The notes: a model not told the origin generated them from the letters alone. A DNA stretch of 64,000 bases from Gammaproteobacteria bacterium (GCA_965222155.1 CBDCTH010000012.1:1696001-1760000); one strand, 5' to 3'. Shown: positions 30,091-40,201, counted from the stretch's first letter. Made by a program: numbers and translations.

Positions 30091-31611
30091 TCAAAATCTC
30101 ATCAGCATCGGTTGCATTAATAACCACAAATGTAAGGCTGTTATAAAAATTGCAAACAAGACCATTGGCGATAAACGCCAGTTTGCATCTGTCATCAACG
30201 TATTTCCACGGTGTTGTATCACCTTTAGACTTATCCAGAATCCGAAGGCTATCAACCCTGCCTGTAACGAGAATAAAATATCATGCGAGAGTAATAGTTC
30301 CTGGTGTCTGCTGTGTTTCTCCATCATGCTTAAAGGCTGTGTGTTCAGTCCCAGAGGATTGAGCAACAGTGTACCGATACCTGAACTTTCCCGAAACAGG
30401 TGGTTCAGGTTGTGTGCCAGGTGATAGCTGAAGGCCAGCGGTAGTGTCGCAAATACGAACCCGGAAAATAATTTTTTAAAGTCCTGTTTTTCTTGACTAC
30501 ATTTTTGCGTGAGCCAGATAAAGAAAGTATAGATAAATACTACAACTGCTAAACTCAAGAAAAGTAAAACTGAAAAACTCCATAATAATTTCCCGGAGTC
30601 ATTCAGCAGGGAAGCAAATTGTAGTAGCCATGTTTCAAAATATGAAATCATGGATATGCCGTGAAACTCCGTTAACGCCAACAAACCAAGCATAAACCAC
30701 GCTTCGTCCCAATGTGGCCGGGCATCTGCAATGGCTTCCTTGCTGGGCGCGCGCAAACGCCAGGCAACATTATTGTCCGGGCAACTCCTGCTGCAATTCC
30801 CGCAGGAGGTACAATAGGTATTTTGTTTCAATCGCCCCATCACCAGATGGGTAGGACACGGTTCAACGGTTTCTGAACCGTAATAACATTCCAGTGTCTT
30901 GCACTTCGCACAAATATCCGTATTTATGGGCCTGAGTTCAACAGGCGCCAGTTGTGAATAAAACCCTATGGTTCTACCCACCGGGCAAAAATATCTGCAA
31001 AAGGCTTTTCCCTCGTAAATAGCCAGTGAAACTGTTGCCATCAAGACCATGGCCAGGGCCAGTAAAGCCGTCATATATGGGCTTGATGTGACACCGATAC
31101 CCAGTTCCAGCCATGTCAGGACGATAAATAATATTAAAGCCGGCCAGACGCTGCGAAGCTTTCGTGACACTTTCAGGTTAAGGCTGTTATTTGGCTTGGC
31201 GCGTCTCCATAACCGGCGTCGCACCAACCAAGTAGATATGGCATCCCATGGACAGATTGCACACCAGGCAGAGCCCAGAAAAAAAATGGAAATAATGAGA
31301 CCTGCCCACCAGATATTCCAGGTTAAAACAGTTGCAATATTTCTTTCAGGAATTTGAGAACCGGATAATCCGGCGCTAATAACAAGTATGAACAGACATA
31401 CCACAATAATTTTTAACAGCAATAATATGACGGGCTTTTCGACAAGATTACGTATAAAAGTACCCAGAACAGGTATGCCTGCCAGACTGATCGATTTTGA
31501 TCGGCGGTTCGGAATATAGTTTGTCAGTAACATGTGCCCGCTCAGTACGAGCATAAAGAGACAGACGGCCAGGCTCCATGAGGGAGGAAGTCCGGGATGT
31601 GTCATCGTCAT
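30091..31611 (-). CDS. Polytopic membrane 4Fe-4S protein (NapH/NosR/RdxB-like superfamily)
   Basis: WCAICPW, FCRYFCP, CAKCKTLEC, CTSCGNCSRSCP; many TM helices. Confidence 0.82.
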   Translation of the reverse strand: MTMTHPGLPPSWSLAVCLFMLVLSGHMLLTNYIPNRRSKSISLAGIPVLGTFIRNLVEKPVILLLLKIIVVCLFILVISAGLSGSQIPERNIATVLTWNIWWAGLIISIFFLGSAWCAICPWDAISTWLVRRRLWRRAKPNNSLNLKVSRKLRSVWPALILFIVLTWLELGIGVTSSPYMTALLALAMVLMATVSLAIYEGKAFCRYFCPVGRTIGFYSQLAPVELRPINTDICAKCKTLECYYGSETVEPCPTHLVMGRLKQNTYCTSCGNCSRSCPDNNVAWRLRAPSKEAIADARPHWDEAWFMLGLLALTEFHGISMISYFETWLLQFASLLNDSGKLLWSFSVLLFLSLAVVVFIYTFFIWLTQKCSQEKQDFKKLFSGFVFATLPLAFSYHLAHNLNHLFRESSGIGTLLLNPLGLNTQPLSMMEKHSRHQELLLSHDILFSLQAGLIAFGFWISLKVIQHRGNTLMTDANWRLSPMVLFAIFITALHLWLLMQPMLMRF

Positions 31612-32192
31612 CTTGGGCTGCTCTGGTGGCTACTTCTTATTTTGTCGCTGGTAAGACGTTTGCGTTGAATAAGATTTACCGCAACCAGGACAAACATAAT
31701 GACAGCGACGGTTATTCCGATTGGTCCCCAGCGGGCCGGCTCACCAATTTGTAATGGAAAATCTATCTGGTAGGGTTCTCCATCTGATTCAAACTCGGCA
31801 CGGACAATAAAATCACCGGATTCACGAAATTCAAATCCCTGTCGAAACACATTATCATCCGGGATTTGCACACCCAGGAGTTCTTCCTCTGCATTGAACA
31901 GGCTGTCATTACGGACCTTGAATGCCACTTCTCCCTCAAAAGGTTTGCCATTATCGATACGCGAGGCATATAAATTCACTCTACCCGGCTCATTTGGGTC
32001 GGGAAAGGCAGGGAACACCATATAAGTAATATAATAATCACCTATCTGTGTTTCTACCTGCATACTGGGAGGTGTAGTTGAATCTTCATTGAGACTATAA
32101 GATGGCCTGCCAAGTACATGATGCGCCTGAACGGGAATAGATAAAACAATAATGGATAGAAACAGGGTTAAACCATAGGACGAGAGCGACAT
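31608..32192 (-). CDS. Hypothetical exported protein, mature N-terminus His-His, C-terminal TM anchor
   Basis: Signal ...SIPVQA|HHVLGRP; hydrophobic C-terminal helix; 4-bp overlap with the next gene. Confidence 0.75.
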   Translation of the reverse strand: MSLSSYGLTLFLSIIVLSIPVQAHHVLGRPSYSLNEDSTTPPSMQVETQIGDYYITYMVFPAFPDPNEPGRVNLYASRIDNGKPFEGEVAFKVRNDSLFNAEEELLGVQIPDDNVFRQGFEFRESGDFIVRAEFESDGEPYQIDFPLQIGEPARWGPIGITVAVIMFVLVAVNLIQRKRLTSDKIRSSHQSSPR

Positions 32193-32198
32193 CGTCGA

Positions 32199-33158
32199 CT
32201 AATCTCCCTGGTAATGCCTGCCAAGATGGCCCGGCCCCTGATAGGTGATATCCTTTACATTTATTTTGAAGACTAACGCATCCGTAGGACACACAGCGAT
32301 GCAGGCTGTGCAGTTATTACATTCCTGGCCGAAACCATCGCGCATAGGGTCAAGTTCAAACTCACACACCGCCGTACATTTTGCGCAATCGTTGCAACTG
32401 TCTGCCTTTCGTTGAATTCGAAATAACCGATAACGCCCCAATAGTGAATACAAGGCGCCCCCCGGACAAACGTAACGGCAAAAGCCACGACGCGCCACCA
32501 TTAAATCAAACAGCAATGTCAGGACGAAAAATACCGCTCCTGCGCCAAATCCTCCCAAAGCTATTGCGTAATAAATTTCACGACCGATGATGGCAGGCGG
32601 GTAAATAGCCGCGAACAGTACTGAACCGGTCACCATTGATAATATGCCTCCAAAAATCAGTACCAGGTATTTCAGGCGTCGATCAAAATGACGATTACCT
32701 GTTGGTAATCCTGCTCTATGTAACCAGGCGGCCATATTGGTATTGAGTTCGTAAAGCAAGGTTGCCGGACAGATCCAGCCACAGAATATCCGACCGAATA
32801 TCAGTGTAATAATAATGGGGATAAGCGCCGTAATTAAAAAAGGTGAATAAATATCCAGACCGGCTGAAATCTGGCCAACAACAGACAGCGGATCACTGAG
32901 TTTCAATCCAAGTATCGTAGCGGACCAGGTTGTGCCTTTGATGGCGTCAAGGTCGTGTTCCGGGTCATCGACAAAAGGCGTTGTCAACATCTCCATAACA
33001 TCATAGAGATTTCGCTCTGACGGTGTTAACAGATCGTAAGCATGCGCTGCGACATAGCTTTGATATACGCTGATATACGGCAGCAAAATAAGTATTAAAA
33101 ATACGCTGATCAGGCTGACCCAACGTAATTTGTTCAGGTGCCGAATGTAATGCTTCAT
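32199..33158 (-). CDS. napH: NapH-like quinol dehydrogenase membrane subunit
   Basis: GTTWS...SDPL, GRIFCGWICP, RGFCRYVCPGGALY, two CxxCxxCxxxC motifs. Confidence 0.85.
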   Translation of the reverse strand: MKHYIRHLNKLRWVSLISVFLILILLPYISVYQSYVAAHAYDLLTPSERNLYDVMEMLTTPFVDDPEHDLDAIKGTTWSATILGLKLSDPLSVVGQISAGLDIYSPFLITALIPIIITLIFGRIFCGWICPATLLYELNTNMAAWLHRAGLPTGNRHFDRRLKYLVLIFGGILSMVTGSVLFAAIYPPAIIGREIYYAIALGGFGAGAVFFVLTLLFDLMVARRGFCRYVCPGGALYSLLGRYRLFRIQRKADSCNDCAKCTAVCEFELDPMRDGFGQECNNCTACIAVCPTDALVFKINVKDITYQGPGHLGRHYQGD

Positions 33159-33169
33159 GTCACCAGGAC

Positions 33170-33757
33170 TTACACGCTGTGATTTGGAATAACGCGGATC
33201 GCCTGTGGTATTTGAATACAGGAACGTTCACACAGGCCACAACCAACACAGGCGTCTTGTACATGGGGTTGTTCCATCCAACCCACTTTGATGGCAATAT
33301 CGGGCAACGGGCAGGCCCGATAACAAACACCGCATGATTTTCCCTGGTATGACAGGCAAAGGTTTTCGTCTACGCGGGCTTTACCCATGTTGACGAAATT
33401 AAGGATTGCATCTGCTTCACGTTCAACAGATTTAATGGCGCCAGTCGGGCAGGCCTCACCACATTTCATACAGAGAATACAGGCTTGTTCCCGCGGTGTT
33501 ATGTAAGGAGTACCGTAAGAGCGAAAACCATTTTCAGTACCAAAAAATTTTATACATCTGTTGGGACAAGCTTCACCACACTTGCCACAACGGATACAAC
33601 GACTGACAAAATCAGATTCTGAAAGAGAACCGGGTGGGCGTAGATAACGTATCCCTGTTTTTTTACTGTTTAGCGCATTCACTACCGGCGCGGCGGCTAA
33701 AGTAGACGCTGTTGTAATCAAATCCTGCAAAAATTGTCTACGTTTCATATCTGTCAC
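33170..33757 (-). CDS. napG: NapG-like periplasmic ferredoxin
   Basis: Tat-like KRRQFL, YLRPPG, CIRCGKCGEACP, CGVCYRACP, CVGCGLCERSC. Confidence 0.85.
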   Translation of the reverse strand: MTDMKRRQFLQDLITTASTLAAAPVVNALNSKKTGIRYLRPPGSLSESDFVSRCIRCGKCGEACPNRCIKFFGTENGFRSYGTPYITPREQACILCMKCGEACPTGAIKSVEREADAILNFVNMGKARVDENLCLSYQGKSCGVCYRACPLPDIAIKVGWMEQPHVQDACVGCGLCERSCIQIPQAIRVIPNHSV

Positions 33758-33812
33758 CTGGACAGAAAAAGAAAACCGTAATCCCGCATACTCCCTATGT
33801 CAGGCTTAATAG

Positions 33813-36503
33813 CTACACTTTTTCTATCCTGCAAGCGAGTTTTTTGAAATCTACCTGGCCCGACACCAGATCCCAGATGCGACTGGATGTATTATTAACC
33901 AGCCATTTGTTCTTTTTTGGATCCGCACTGTCGGCAACTGACAGGTTCCAGGGACTGAACATATATCCTCGCGGCACCGAATTACGTGCAGGTTTTACCA
34001 GACTGTTTGTCCCTACCTGCGCTTTGGCCTCGTAATGACCGCGCCGTGTAATGAGCCGTACTTTATCACCGTCTTTTATCCCCAATGTATTTGCATCATC
34101 CGGATGCATTTCAACATACTGCTCCGGAACCAGACGCCGGGTGGTTGGCGTACGAATGGATTTGGCTGTATGAAAATGTTCATAGACCACGCCAAGGCCA
34201 AGCCAGTAAGGGTATTTATCCTTTGGAACAGTTTCCCAATTTTTGTCGCGAAATTCGTCATCAGGCAGGTCAGGGGTCAAGCCCTTGTCGCGGGCTTCTT
34301 CAAGAAGAGCAAGATTATCGATGGTATATACGCCTTCCTTACTGCCGAACTCCATCAATTTTTTTGTGATTTCTTTACGATCGCTATAATCCTGTTGACA
34401 TAACTTGAAATGCACCTTGCCGTCTTTTGTTCTGAAATAACCATATGGTCTGTTCTCCCAATCACCTTCCTGTAACATGTAACGGCGTTTGGTGCCGCCA
34501 GCTTTGGCGATAGCGTAGGTTGGAGCAGGCCATTGAATGCCGCGAAGTTTACGCAGTTGATCATAGGGGCTGACATTATCCACTTTTTCCACTTCAAGAA
34601 TGCCCGTGAGGTTGGTATCCGTCCCGGCAGATGCCCGAACGACCTCCCGAAAAATTTCCTCAGCATCATAGGTGCCATCTTCACCTCTTTTGTAGGGAAA
34701 TATTTCATCTGCATTGAGGCCTAACAGGTGTGCCACTTCTTTGCCTTTGTCGATGACCATGTCCAAATCGGGACGACACCCTGGTGGCGGTTCAGCAGCT
34801 TTGTCGCAAATATTAATGCGGCGTTCCGAACTGATATAGACTCCTCGTACTTCACCCCAGGTTGCCGCAGGAAAGATTACATCTGCATAGAGATTATTGG
34901 GGGCATGGCGATAGATTTCCTGCACTACATTGAATGTCTTCATTAACGCCGGGCGGATGAGATTTTGTTGATCAGGCAAATCGATATGCGTTGCATAGAC
35001 CAGGAACAACGCTTTAACCTCGTCTTTCAAGGCGCGTTCCATCATACCAATCGCATATCCCGGATTTTCTGACTTAAGTGCATTCTTGAGATTCTTCTCC
35101 GGAACACGCCAGTGCCTGGCCATGTGTGTAAGGTGTTTTAAATTGGATAAGGGTTCATTAAAGGGCAGTCGTCCGGTCAAACCTCCGGTAAAGCGTTCCC
35201 CCATCGCATTCGGTTGTCCCGTCATCGAAAACGGACCACAACCCGGTTTGGCCAGGTTCCCCGTTAATGCCAGTAGATTAATGATGGAGATAACATTGTT
35301 TTGACCATGGATATGCTGGTTATAACCGATGCCCCACATTATGATCACGCCACCATAACCATCATTGGATTGACTTAATTTACTTCGTTGCAGACGTTTG
35401 CGCGTTGCCTCCGCAAACATGCCGGCTACACGACGTATCAATGCAGGTGTAACCTCATCCGATCCCATGCGGTCCTGCACCTGTTCAGGACTGTAGCCCG
35501 TCAATACACCGGCAGAATATTCCTGCCAACCGGTAGCATGCTCTTTTACAAACTCCCAATCGATAATATCGCCATGCTCTTTCAAAAGGACATGGGCAAT
35601 TGCATTCAAAAAACTGATATCACCATTCAGTACGGGAACATGTACATGGTTTTTCGGATTAATGTCTTCATAGCCTGTGCTCGTGCCGGTCAGACGAGGA
35701 TCAACCACGACAGTCGGGATATCCTTTTTCTTTTTGTGGTCTGCCGCACGCCAGAAGACAATCGGATGTGATTCACGGGCATTATGCCCGAAGTGCATGA
35801 TCATATCGCAGAGTTCGATGTCCTCATAGGCCAGCGGCGGTGTGTCGGATCCAAGAGTTGCAAAATATCCCGTCACCGCCGATGTCATACACATCCTGGC
35901 ATTCGCTTCGATGGTATTGGAGCCGAGGACACCCTTCATAAACAGATTTTCAAGATACTGGCCTTCCATTGTCAATTGACCGGAACCGTATAAGGCAATG
36001 GAATTCCCTGTGTATTTTTTTACATAATTCGCAATTTTATGCGCCACCATTTCTGATGCCTTTTCATAAGGCGCCCGCACAAAATGTTCTTCATCGAAGG
36101 AACCTTTACTCTTGCTGATATAATCCAGGTCTCCATGGTTCGGTTTATTCCATTCTTCCCATACATCCTTACGCACGTATGAGTCACCTTCCATACGGTC
36201 GACATACATGGGTTCTGCTGCGGTCAGTCCCTTGATGCACTGTAAACCGTAATTGGTTGGGTGGTCCTTGTCCGGACGCACGGAAACAATTTTGCCATTT
36301 TCTGTCTGTATGATAGTGCCACAGCCAACACCGCAATAAGGGCATTGGGCCAAGGCGGTACCGCGCGAAACGGAACCGGCAGGGGCAGGAGCTGCTTCCA
36401 ATTCAGGGTTATTGCCAACAAATAAACTCGCACCCGCAGCTGAGCCGGTTATAAACGCGCTACCTTTCAGAAAATCTCTTCTATTGGCCTTGAAACGTTT
36501 CAT
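33813..36503 (-). CDS. Tat-exported Mo-bisPGD oxidoreductase, nitrate-reductase type (NasA/NapA family)
   Basis: NRRDFLK Tat motif, CPYCGVGC...C, YGSGQ, NARMCMTSAV (Cys ligand plus Met), FSMTGQPNAMG; 896 aa. Confidence 0.88.
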   Translation of the reverse strand: MKRFKANRRDFLKGSAFITGSAAGASLFVGNNPELEAAPAPAGSVSRGTALAQCPYCGVGCGTIIQTENGKIVSVRPDKDHPTNYGLQCIKGLTAAEPMYVDRMEGDSYVRKDVWEEWNKPNHGDLDYISKSKGSFDEEHFVRAPYEKASEMVAHKIANYVKKYTGNSIALYGSGQLTMEGQYLENLFMKGVLGSNTIEANARMCMTSAVTGYFATLGSDTPPLAYEDIELCDMIMHFGHNARESHPIVFWRAADHKKKKDIPTVVVDPRLTGTSTGYEDINPKNHVHVPVLNGDISFLNAIAHVLLKEHGDIIDWEFVKEHATGWQEYSAGVLTGYSPEQVQDRMGSDEVTPALIRRVAGMFAEATRKRLQRSKLSQSNDGYGGVIIMWGIGYNQHIHGQNNVISIINLLALTGNLAKPGCGPFSMTGQPNAMGERFTGGLTGRLPFNEPLSNLKHLTHMARHWRVPEKNLKNALKSENPGYAIGMMERALKDEVKALFLVYATHIDLPDQQNLIRPALMKTFNVVQEIYRHAPNNLYADVIFPAATWGEVRGVYISSERRINICDKAAEPPPGCRPDLDMVIDKGKEVAHLLGLNADEIFPYKRGEDGTYDAEEIFREVVRASAGTDTNLTGILEVEKVDNVSPYDQLRKLRGIQWPAPTYAIAKAGGTKRRYMLQEGDWENRPYGYFRTKDGKVHFKLCQQDYSDRKEITKKLMEFGSKEGVYTIDNLALLEEARDKGLTPDLPDDEFRDKNWETVPKDKYPYWLGLGVVYEHFHTAKSIRTPTTRRLVPEQYVEMHPDDANTLGIKDGDKVRLITRRGHYEAKAQVGTNSLVKPARNSVPRGYMFSPWNLSVADSADPKKNKWLVNNTSSRIWDLVSGQVDFKKLACRIEKV

Positions 36504-36512
36504 AACCTTCTC

Positions 36513-37175
36513 CTAATGAGTTTGTTTTGCTAATTCGCGCATATAAACAATTATGTCGTCGATTTCTTTATCGGTAAGGTTCGCCAATCCTGCGGCACCG
36601 GAGAAACCTCGCATGCGAGTATTGGAACGGCCATGCTTTATCGTAGTACGGAGAAATCCATCGGAGGCCTTATTGAGAAAACCAGCTTTGCCAATTGCGG
36701 TACCGGTACCACCAGCGATATAGCCATCACCCTGATAACCATGACAGGTAGCACAAATCCGGTCGAACCAGAACTTCCCTGCCTTGGGATCTCCCAGGGC
36801 TGCAGGTTGATTATCAATTTCTGTGGATTTGTCAGGTAATTCCGAATGGGATTTAAGGTATATGCCTATAGCTTCGATGCCTTCCGGCTCCAAATGAGTA
36901 AAAGGCGGCATTCCTGTGCCCGGGCGTCCATCACGAATTGTTCCCAGTAGAAATTCGTCTGATACGGCAGATAGAAATTCAGCGTTGGTGAGTGATGGCG
37001 CAAATCCCACTTTTCCTATGGCATCTGCTTGATGACAAAATATGCAGTTCCTCTCATATAAATCTTTTCCCTTTGCAATCATCAGGGAATCATCAGAAAC
37101 TGCGGCTGTCGGAAATAACAGACAAGAAAACATCAGAATCTTCGTCCTGGTGAGAAATCTTCTAATATTTTTCAT
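36513..37175 (-). CDS. Dihaem class I c-type cytochrome
   Basis: Signal peptide, CIFCH and CATCH, distal Met motifs GTGMPPF and NTRMRGF. Start taken at MKNIRR (GAGGG upstream). Confidence 0.88.
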   Translation of the reverse strand: MKNIRRFLTRTKILMFSCLLFPTAAVSDDSLMIAKGKDLYERNCIFCHQADAIGKVGFAPSLTNAEFLSAVSDEFLLGTIRDGRPGTGMPPFTHLEPEGIEAIGIYLKSHSELPDKSTEIDNQPAALGDPKAGKFWFDRICATCHGYQGDGYIAGGTGTAIGKAGFLNKASDGFLRTTIKHGRSNTRMRGFSGAAGLANLTDKEIDDIIVYMRELAKQTH

Positions 37176-37415
37176 TGTGATACCCTCAGACATACCAAAT
37201 AAATTCTGGCAAATTAAAATCGACTGGTCAAGCAATTAATCAACACAACCGCATACTCTCAAATTCTGCTGCACATGCCGGTTGGCAACCTGGACTGTTC
37301 CTGGCTGGCATCGTCTTATTGAAGCAATAATGAGGCCAGGAGGATACTGAAACATCAGGCGTTTTTACACGGCCTGATGCGTAAGTATGACAGTATGGAC
37401 GTAGGTCCTCCGTCT

Positions 37416-38289
37416 TCAGGCACTGAGTGAGTCTCTAACGCGTTCCCGGGTAAACGGCATGTGTCGCAAGCGCTTGCCCGTCAGCCGTTCAAACGCATTG
37501 GCGATGGCGGGCGCCACCAGAACGGCGCCGGTTTGGCCAACGGCACTGGGTTCATCTCCTCCCGGCAACACTTCAATGTGGATTCCAGGTGTGTCAGCCA
37601 TGGTCGGCAGCTTATAGTCATTGAAATTCACCTGTTGCACCCGCCCGTTCCTGAACGTGATACGCTCAGTCAGGGCATTCCCCAGGCCGTATACCACCGC
37701 CCCCATTACCCAGACGACGGAATTAAGTGGCTCCAACTGGGCGTGATACACGTAATCCGTCCGGTAAACCCGGTCTATAATCGTTTTCGCAGCATTAAAC
37801 ACCGATTCCACGTCTCCATGCTGATTCCATACCTCTCCTTTTCGAGCAAGGTTACGGGCCAGTTCACCATGCTGCATTATGCAGCAATATATGGCGCGAC
37901 TGGGCGCCGAAGTGGCGTAACTGCTGGTAATAGCCGGATACGGCAGTACTCGCAGCCGTGTACATCAAGCCGAAAAATCCCGGGTTGCCGTAAATCTCCG
38001 GATCGGAAGGCGACATTTCGATACGTACATCATCCCAGGCAACATCCAGTTCCTCGGCAAATATCACGGGCAATGCCGTTGTCGAACCCTGGCCCAGTTC
38101 GTCGACAGTAGAGAAAATCGTGACAATACCGTTGCCGGCGATGTTGACCCAGGCATTAGGGGCAAAGCTGTTTTGTCGGGTAGCAGACAGGCCGGTTCCC
38201 GGGTTACCACATCCTGGTATGGAGCCAACGGCGAAACCGACGGTCAGGCCGGTGCTTAATTTGAGGAACTGCCGGCGGCGGCTGTGCAT
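37416..38289 (-). pseudogene. iorB: Collapsed isoquinoline-1-oxidoreductase-beta (IorB)-like Mo subunit
   Basis: SRRRQFLK Tat, PNAWV.I..NG.VT, ELGQG; then a middle fragment HAQLEPLN joined directly to C-terminal GAVVYGLGNAL...GKRLRHMP. About 290 aa in two frames versus about 700 aa expected. Confidence 0.8.
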
Positions 38290-38307
38290 GGTTCTTGACA
38301 GGTACAG

Positions 38308-39201
38308 TTAGTTATCGGTTCCAGCAATATCAGCAGGTTCAAGCTTATCCTGGGTCCGGGTATTAAAGTCACTCGCATCATGGCGTTCCCGTAGCTGCTC
38401 TTCGGGTTCGCCCCAACTCCGATTCACCATACGGCCGCGCTGGACGGCAGGGCGCTCTCTTATTTCGTTGGTCCATCGATTCAGGTGAATATAGGACGCG
38501 GTATCCAGAAACTCGGCGGCTCCATAGACTCTGTTCAAGACAAGGTTTCCGTACCAGGGCCAGACAGCAATATCGGCGATGCTGTATTCATCTCCGCAAA
38601 TGTATTGACAATCAGCCAGATGACGGTCGAGTACGTCCATCTGGCGTTTCACTTCCATGGCATATCGATTGATGGGGTATTCGAATTTTTCCGGTGCATA
38701 AGCATAGAAGTGCCCAAAGCCGCCACCAAGATAAGGCGCGCTGCCCATTTGCCAGAACAACCAGGACAGGCATTTCGTACGCAGGGCCGGATCTTCAGGG
38801 ATCAACGCGCCGAATTTCTCCGCCAGGTAAAGCAGGATGGCTCCTGATTCAAACAGGCGTACAGGCTTCTTGCCGCTGCGATCAATGAGGGCGGGGATCT
38901 TGGAATTCGGGTTAAGTTCGACAAAACCGCTGCCGAACTGGTCACCTTCTCCAATATCAATCAGCCAGGCATCATATTCAGCCCCTGCAAACCCCAGGGC
39001 CAGGAGTTCTTCCAGCATCACGGTAACTTTCACACCGTTAGGTGTGGCAAGTGAATAAAGCTGCAAGGGATGTTTGCCGGCGGGCAATTCCTTTTCATGC
39101 GTCGCACCCGCAATCGGTCGGTTAATGTTTTCAAATTGTCCACCACTTGGCGCATCCCAGGTCCAGACCCTGGGCGGACTGTATGAGGAATTACCGCCCA
39201 T
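38308..39201 (-). CDS. yghU: Nu-class GST, glutathione-dependent disulfide-bond oxidoreductase
   Basis: YSPPRVWTW, NRPIAG, YSLATPNGVKV, NPNSKIPAL, QLRERHDASDF. Start moved to MGGNSS. Confidence 0.9.
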   Translation of the reverse strand: MGGNSSYSPPRVWTWDAPSGGQFENINRPIAGATHEKELPAGKHPLQLYSLATPNGVKVTVMLEELLALGFAGAEYDAWLIDIGEGDQFGSGFVELNPNSKIPALIDRSGKKPVRLFESGAILLYLAEKFGALIPEDPALRTKCLSWLFWQMGSAPYLGGGFGHFYAYAPEKFEYPINRYAMEVKRQMDVLDRHLADCQYICGDEYSIADIAVWPWYGNLVLNRVYGAAEFLDTASYIHLNRWTNEIRERPAVQRGRMVNRSWGEPEEQLRERHDASDFNTRTQDKLEPADIAGTDN

Positions 39202-40201
39202 TAGCGGCCTTGCTCTCGGCGACCAGGCACAGGATTTCAAACAGCATCTGTTTGCCGACCTGCGGTGTATTGGTCGTAGTATCGTACTGGGGGGCGACCT
39301 CAACCAGGTCGCCACCCACGAATTTCAGTCCTCGCAATCCCCTGAGAAGCTGGATTGCCTCAGCGGTAGTTATGCCGCCGATCTCCGGTGTGCCGGTGCC
39401 GGGGGCATAGACCGGATCCAGGCCGTCCACGTCGAAACTGATATAAGCAGGCCCGTCTCCCAACACTTCGCGGGTTTTCTCGATGACTGCCTCAACCCCC
39501 ATTGCATGAAAATCCTGGATGGGTATCACCGTCATGCCTGAATCATAGGAAAATTCCCAGAACACCTCGGCTGCGCCCCTGATACCGACCTGCACGCAAC
39601 GGTCCGGATCCAGTACCCCGTCCAGGACGGCGTGGCGGAACGGGCCGCCGTGATGGAATTTGTGGTCCTCCAGCGCTCCCATGGTATCGCAATGGGCGTC
39701 TATATGGATCATGCCCAACGGTTCGTCCCGGCCCACCGCCTTCATGATCGGATACGTCACGGAATGATCGCCCCCTGCCGATACCGGGATCACTCCTGCA
39801 TCCACGACCTTGTGGTAATACTGCTCTATGGTCCGTATGCCCTCATCCAGGCTGAAACCGTGCAAGGGCACGTCACCGATATCCGCGATGGTGCAGAGAT
39901 CAAAGGGGTTGACCCTGGTCTGATGGTTAAAAGGCCCTACCGCCATGGATATGTTTCTTATGGAACGCGGTCCGAAACGCGCCCCGGTCCGGTGCACCAC
40001 GCCGGCGTCGAAGGGTACGCCGATCAACGCAATATCCAGCCCTTCCGGCGTCTCTTTATAGGGAGCGTCACACAAGGTGGCGATACCGGTCAACATATCC
40101 GTAGCGCCGAGCATGGCCTTTGCATGGTCCGGGTCGTCTACCTGATGATAAGGCTGGTCCCGGTACTTGTTGCGCAGCACTGCAAGTTTTTGTTGATCCA
40201 T
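39191..40201 (-). CDS. Ureohydrolase (agmatinase/guanidinobutyrase-like)
   Basis: GVPFD, GARFGP, GGDHS, DAHCD, SFDVDGLDP, PGTGTP. Confidence 0.92.
   Translation of the reverse strand: MDQQKLAVLRNKYRDQPYHQVDDPDHAKAMLGATDMLTGIATLCDAPYKETPEGLDIALIGVPFDAGVVHRTGARFGPRSIRNISMAVGPFNHQTRVNPFDLCTIADIGDVPLHGFSLDEGIRTIEQYYHKVVDAGVIPVSAGGDHSVTYPIMKAVGRDEPLGMIHIDAHCDTMGALEDHKFHHGGPFRHAVLDGVLDPDRCVQVGIRGAAEVFWEFSYDSGMTVIPIQDFHAMGVEAVIEKTREVLGDGPAYISFDVDGLDPVYAPGTGTPEIGGITTAEAIQLLRGLRGLKFVGGDLVEVAPQYDTTTNTPQVGKQMLFEILCLVAESKAANGR

Noticed and set aside
33813-36503. Formate dehydrogenase, arsenite oxidase or a plain napA label
   Set aside because: The ligand motif is Cys-Met rather than Cys/Sec-His, the Fe-S motif has four Cys and no Rieske subunit is present; napA was withheld because signatures are Nas-like and napBD are missing.
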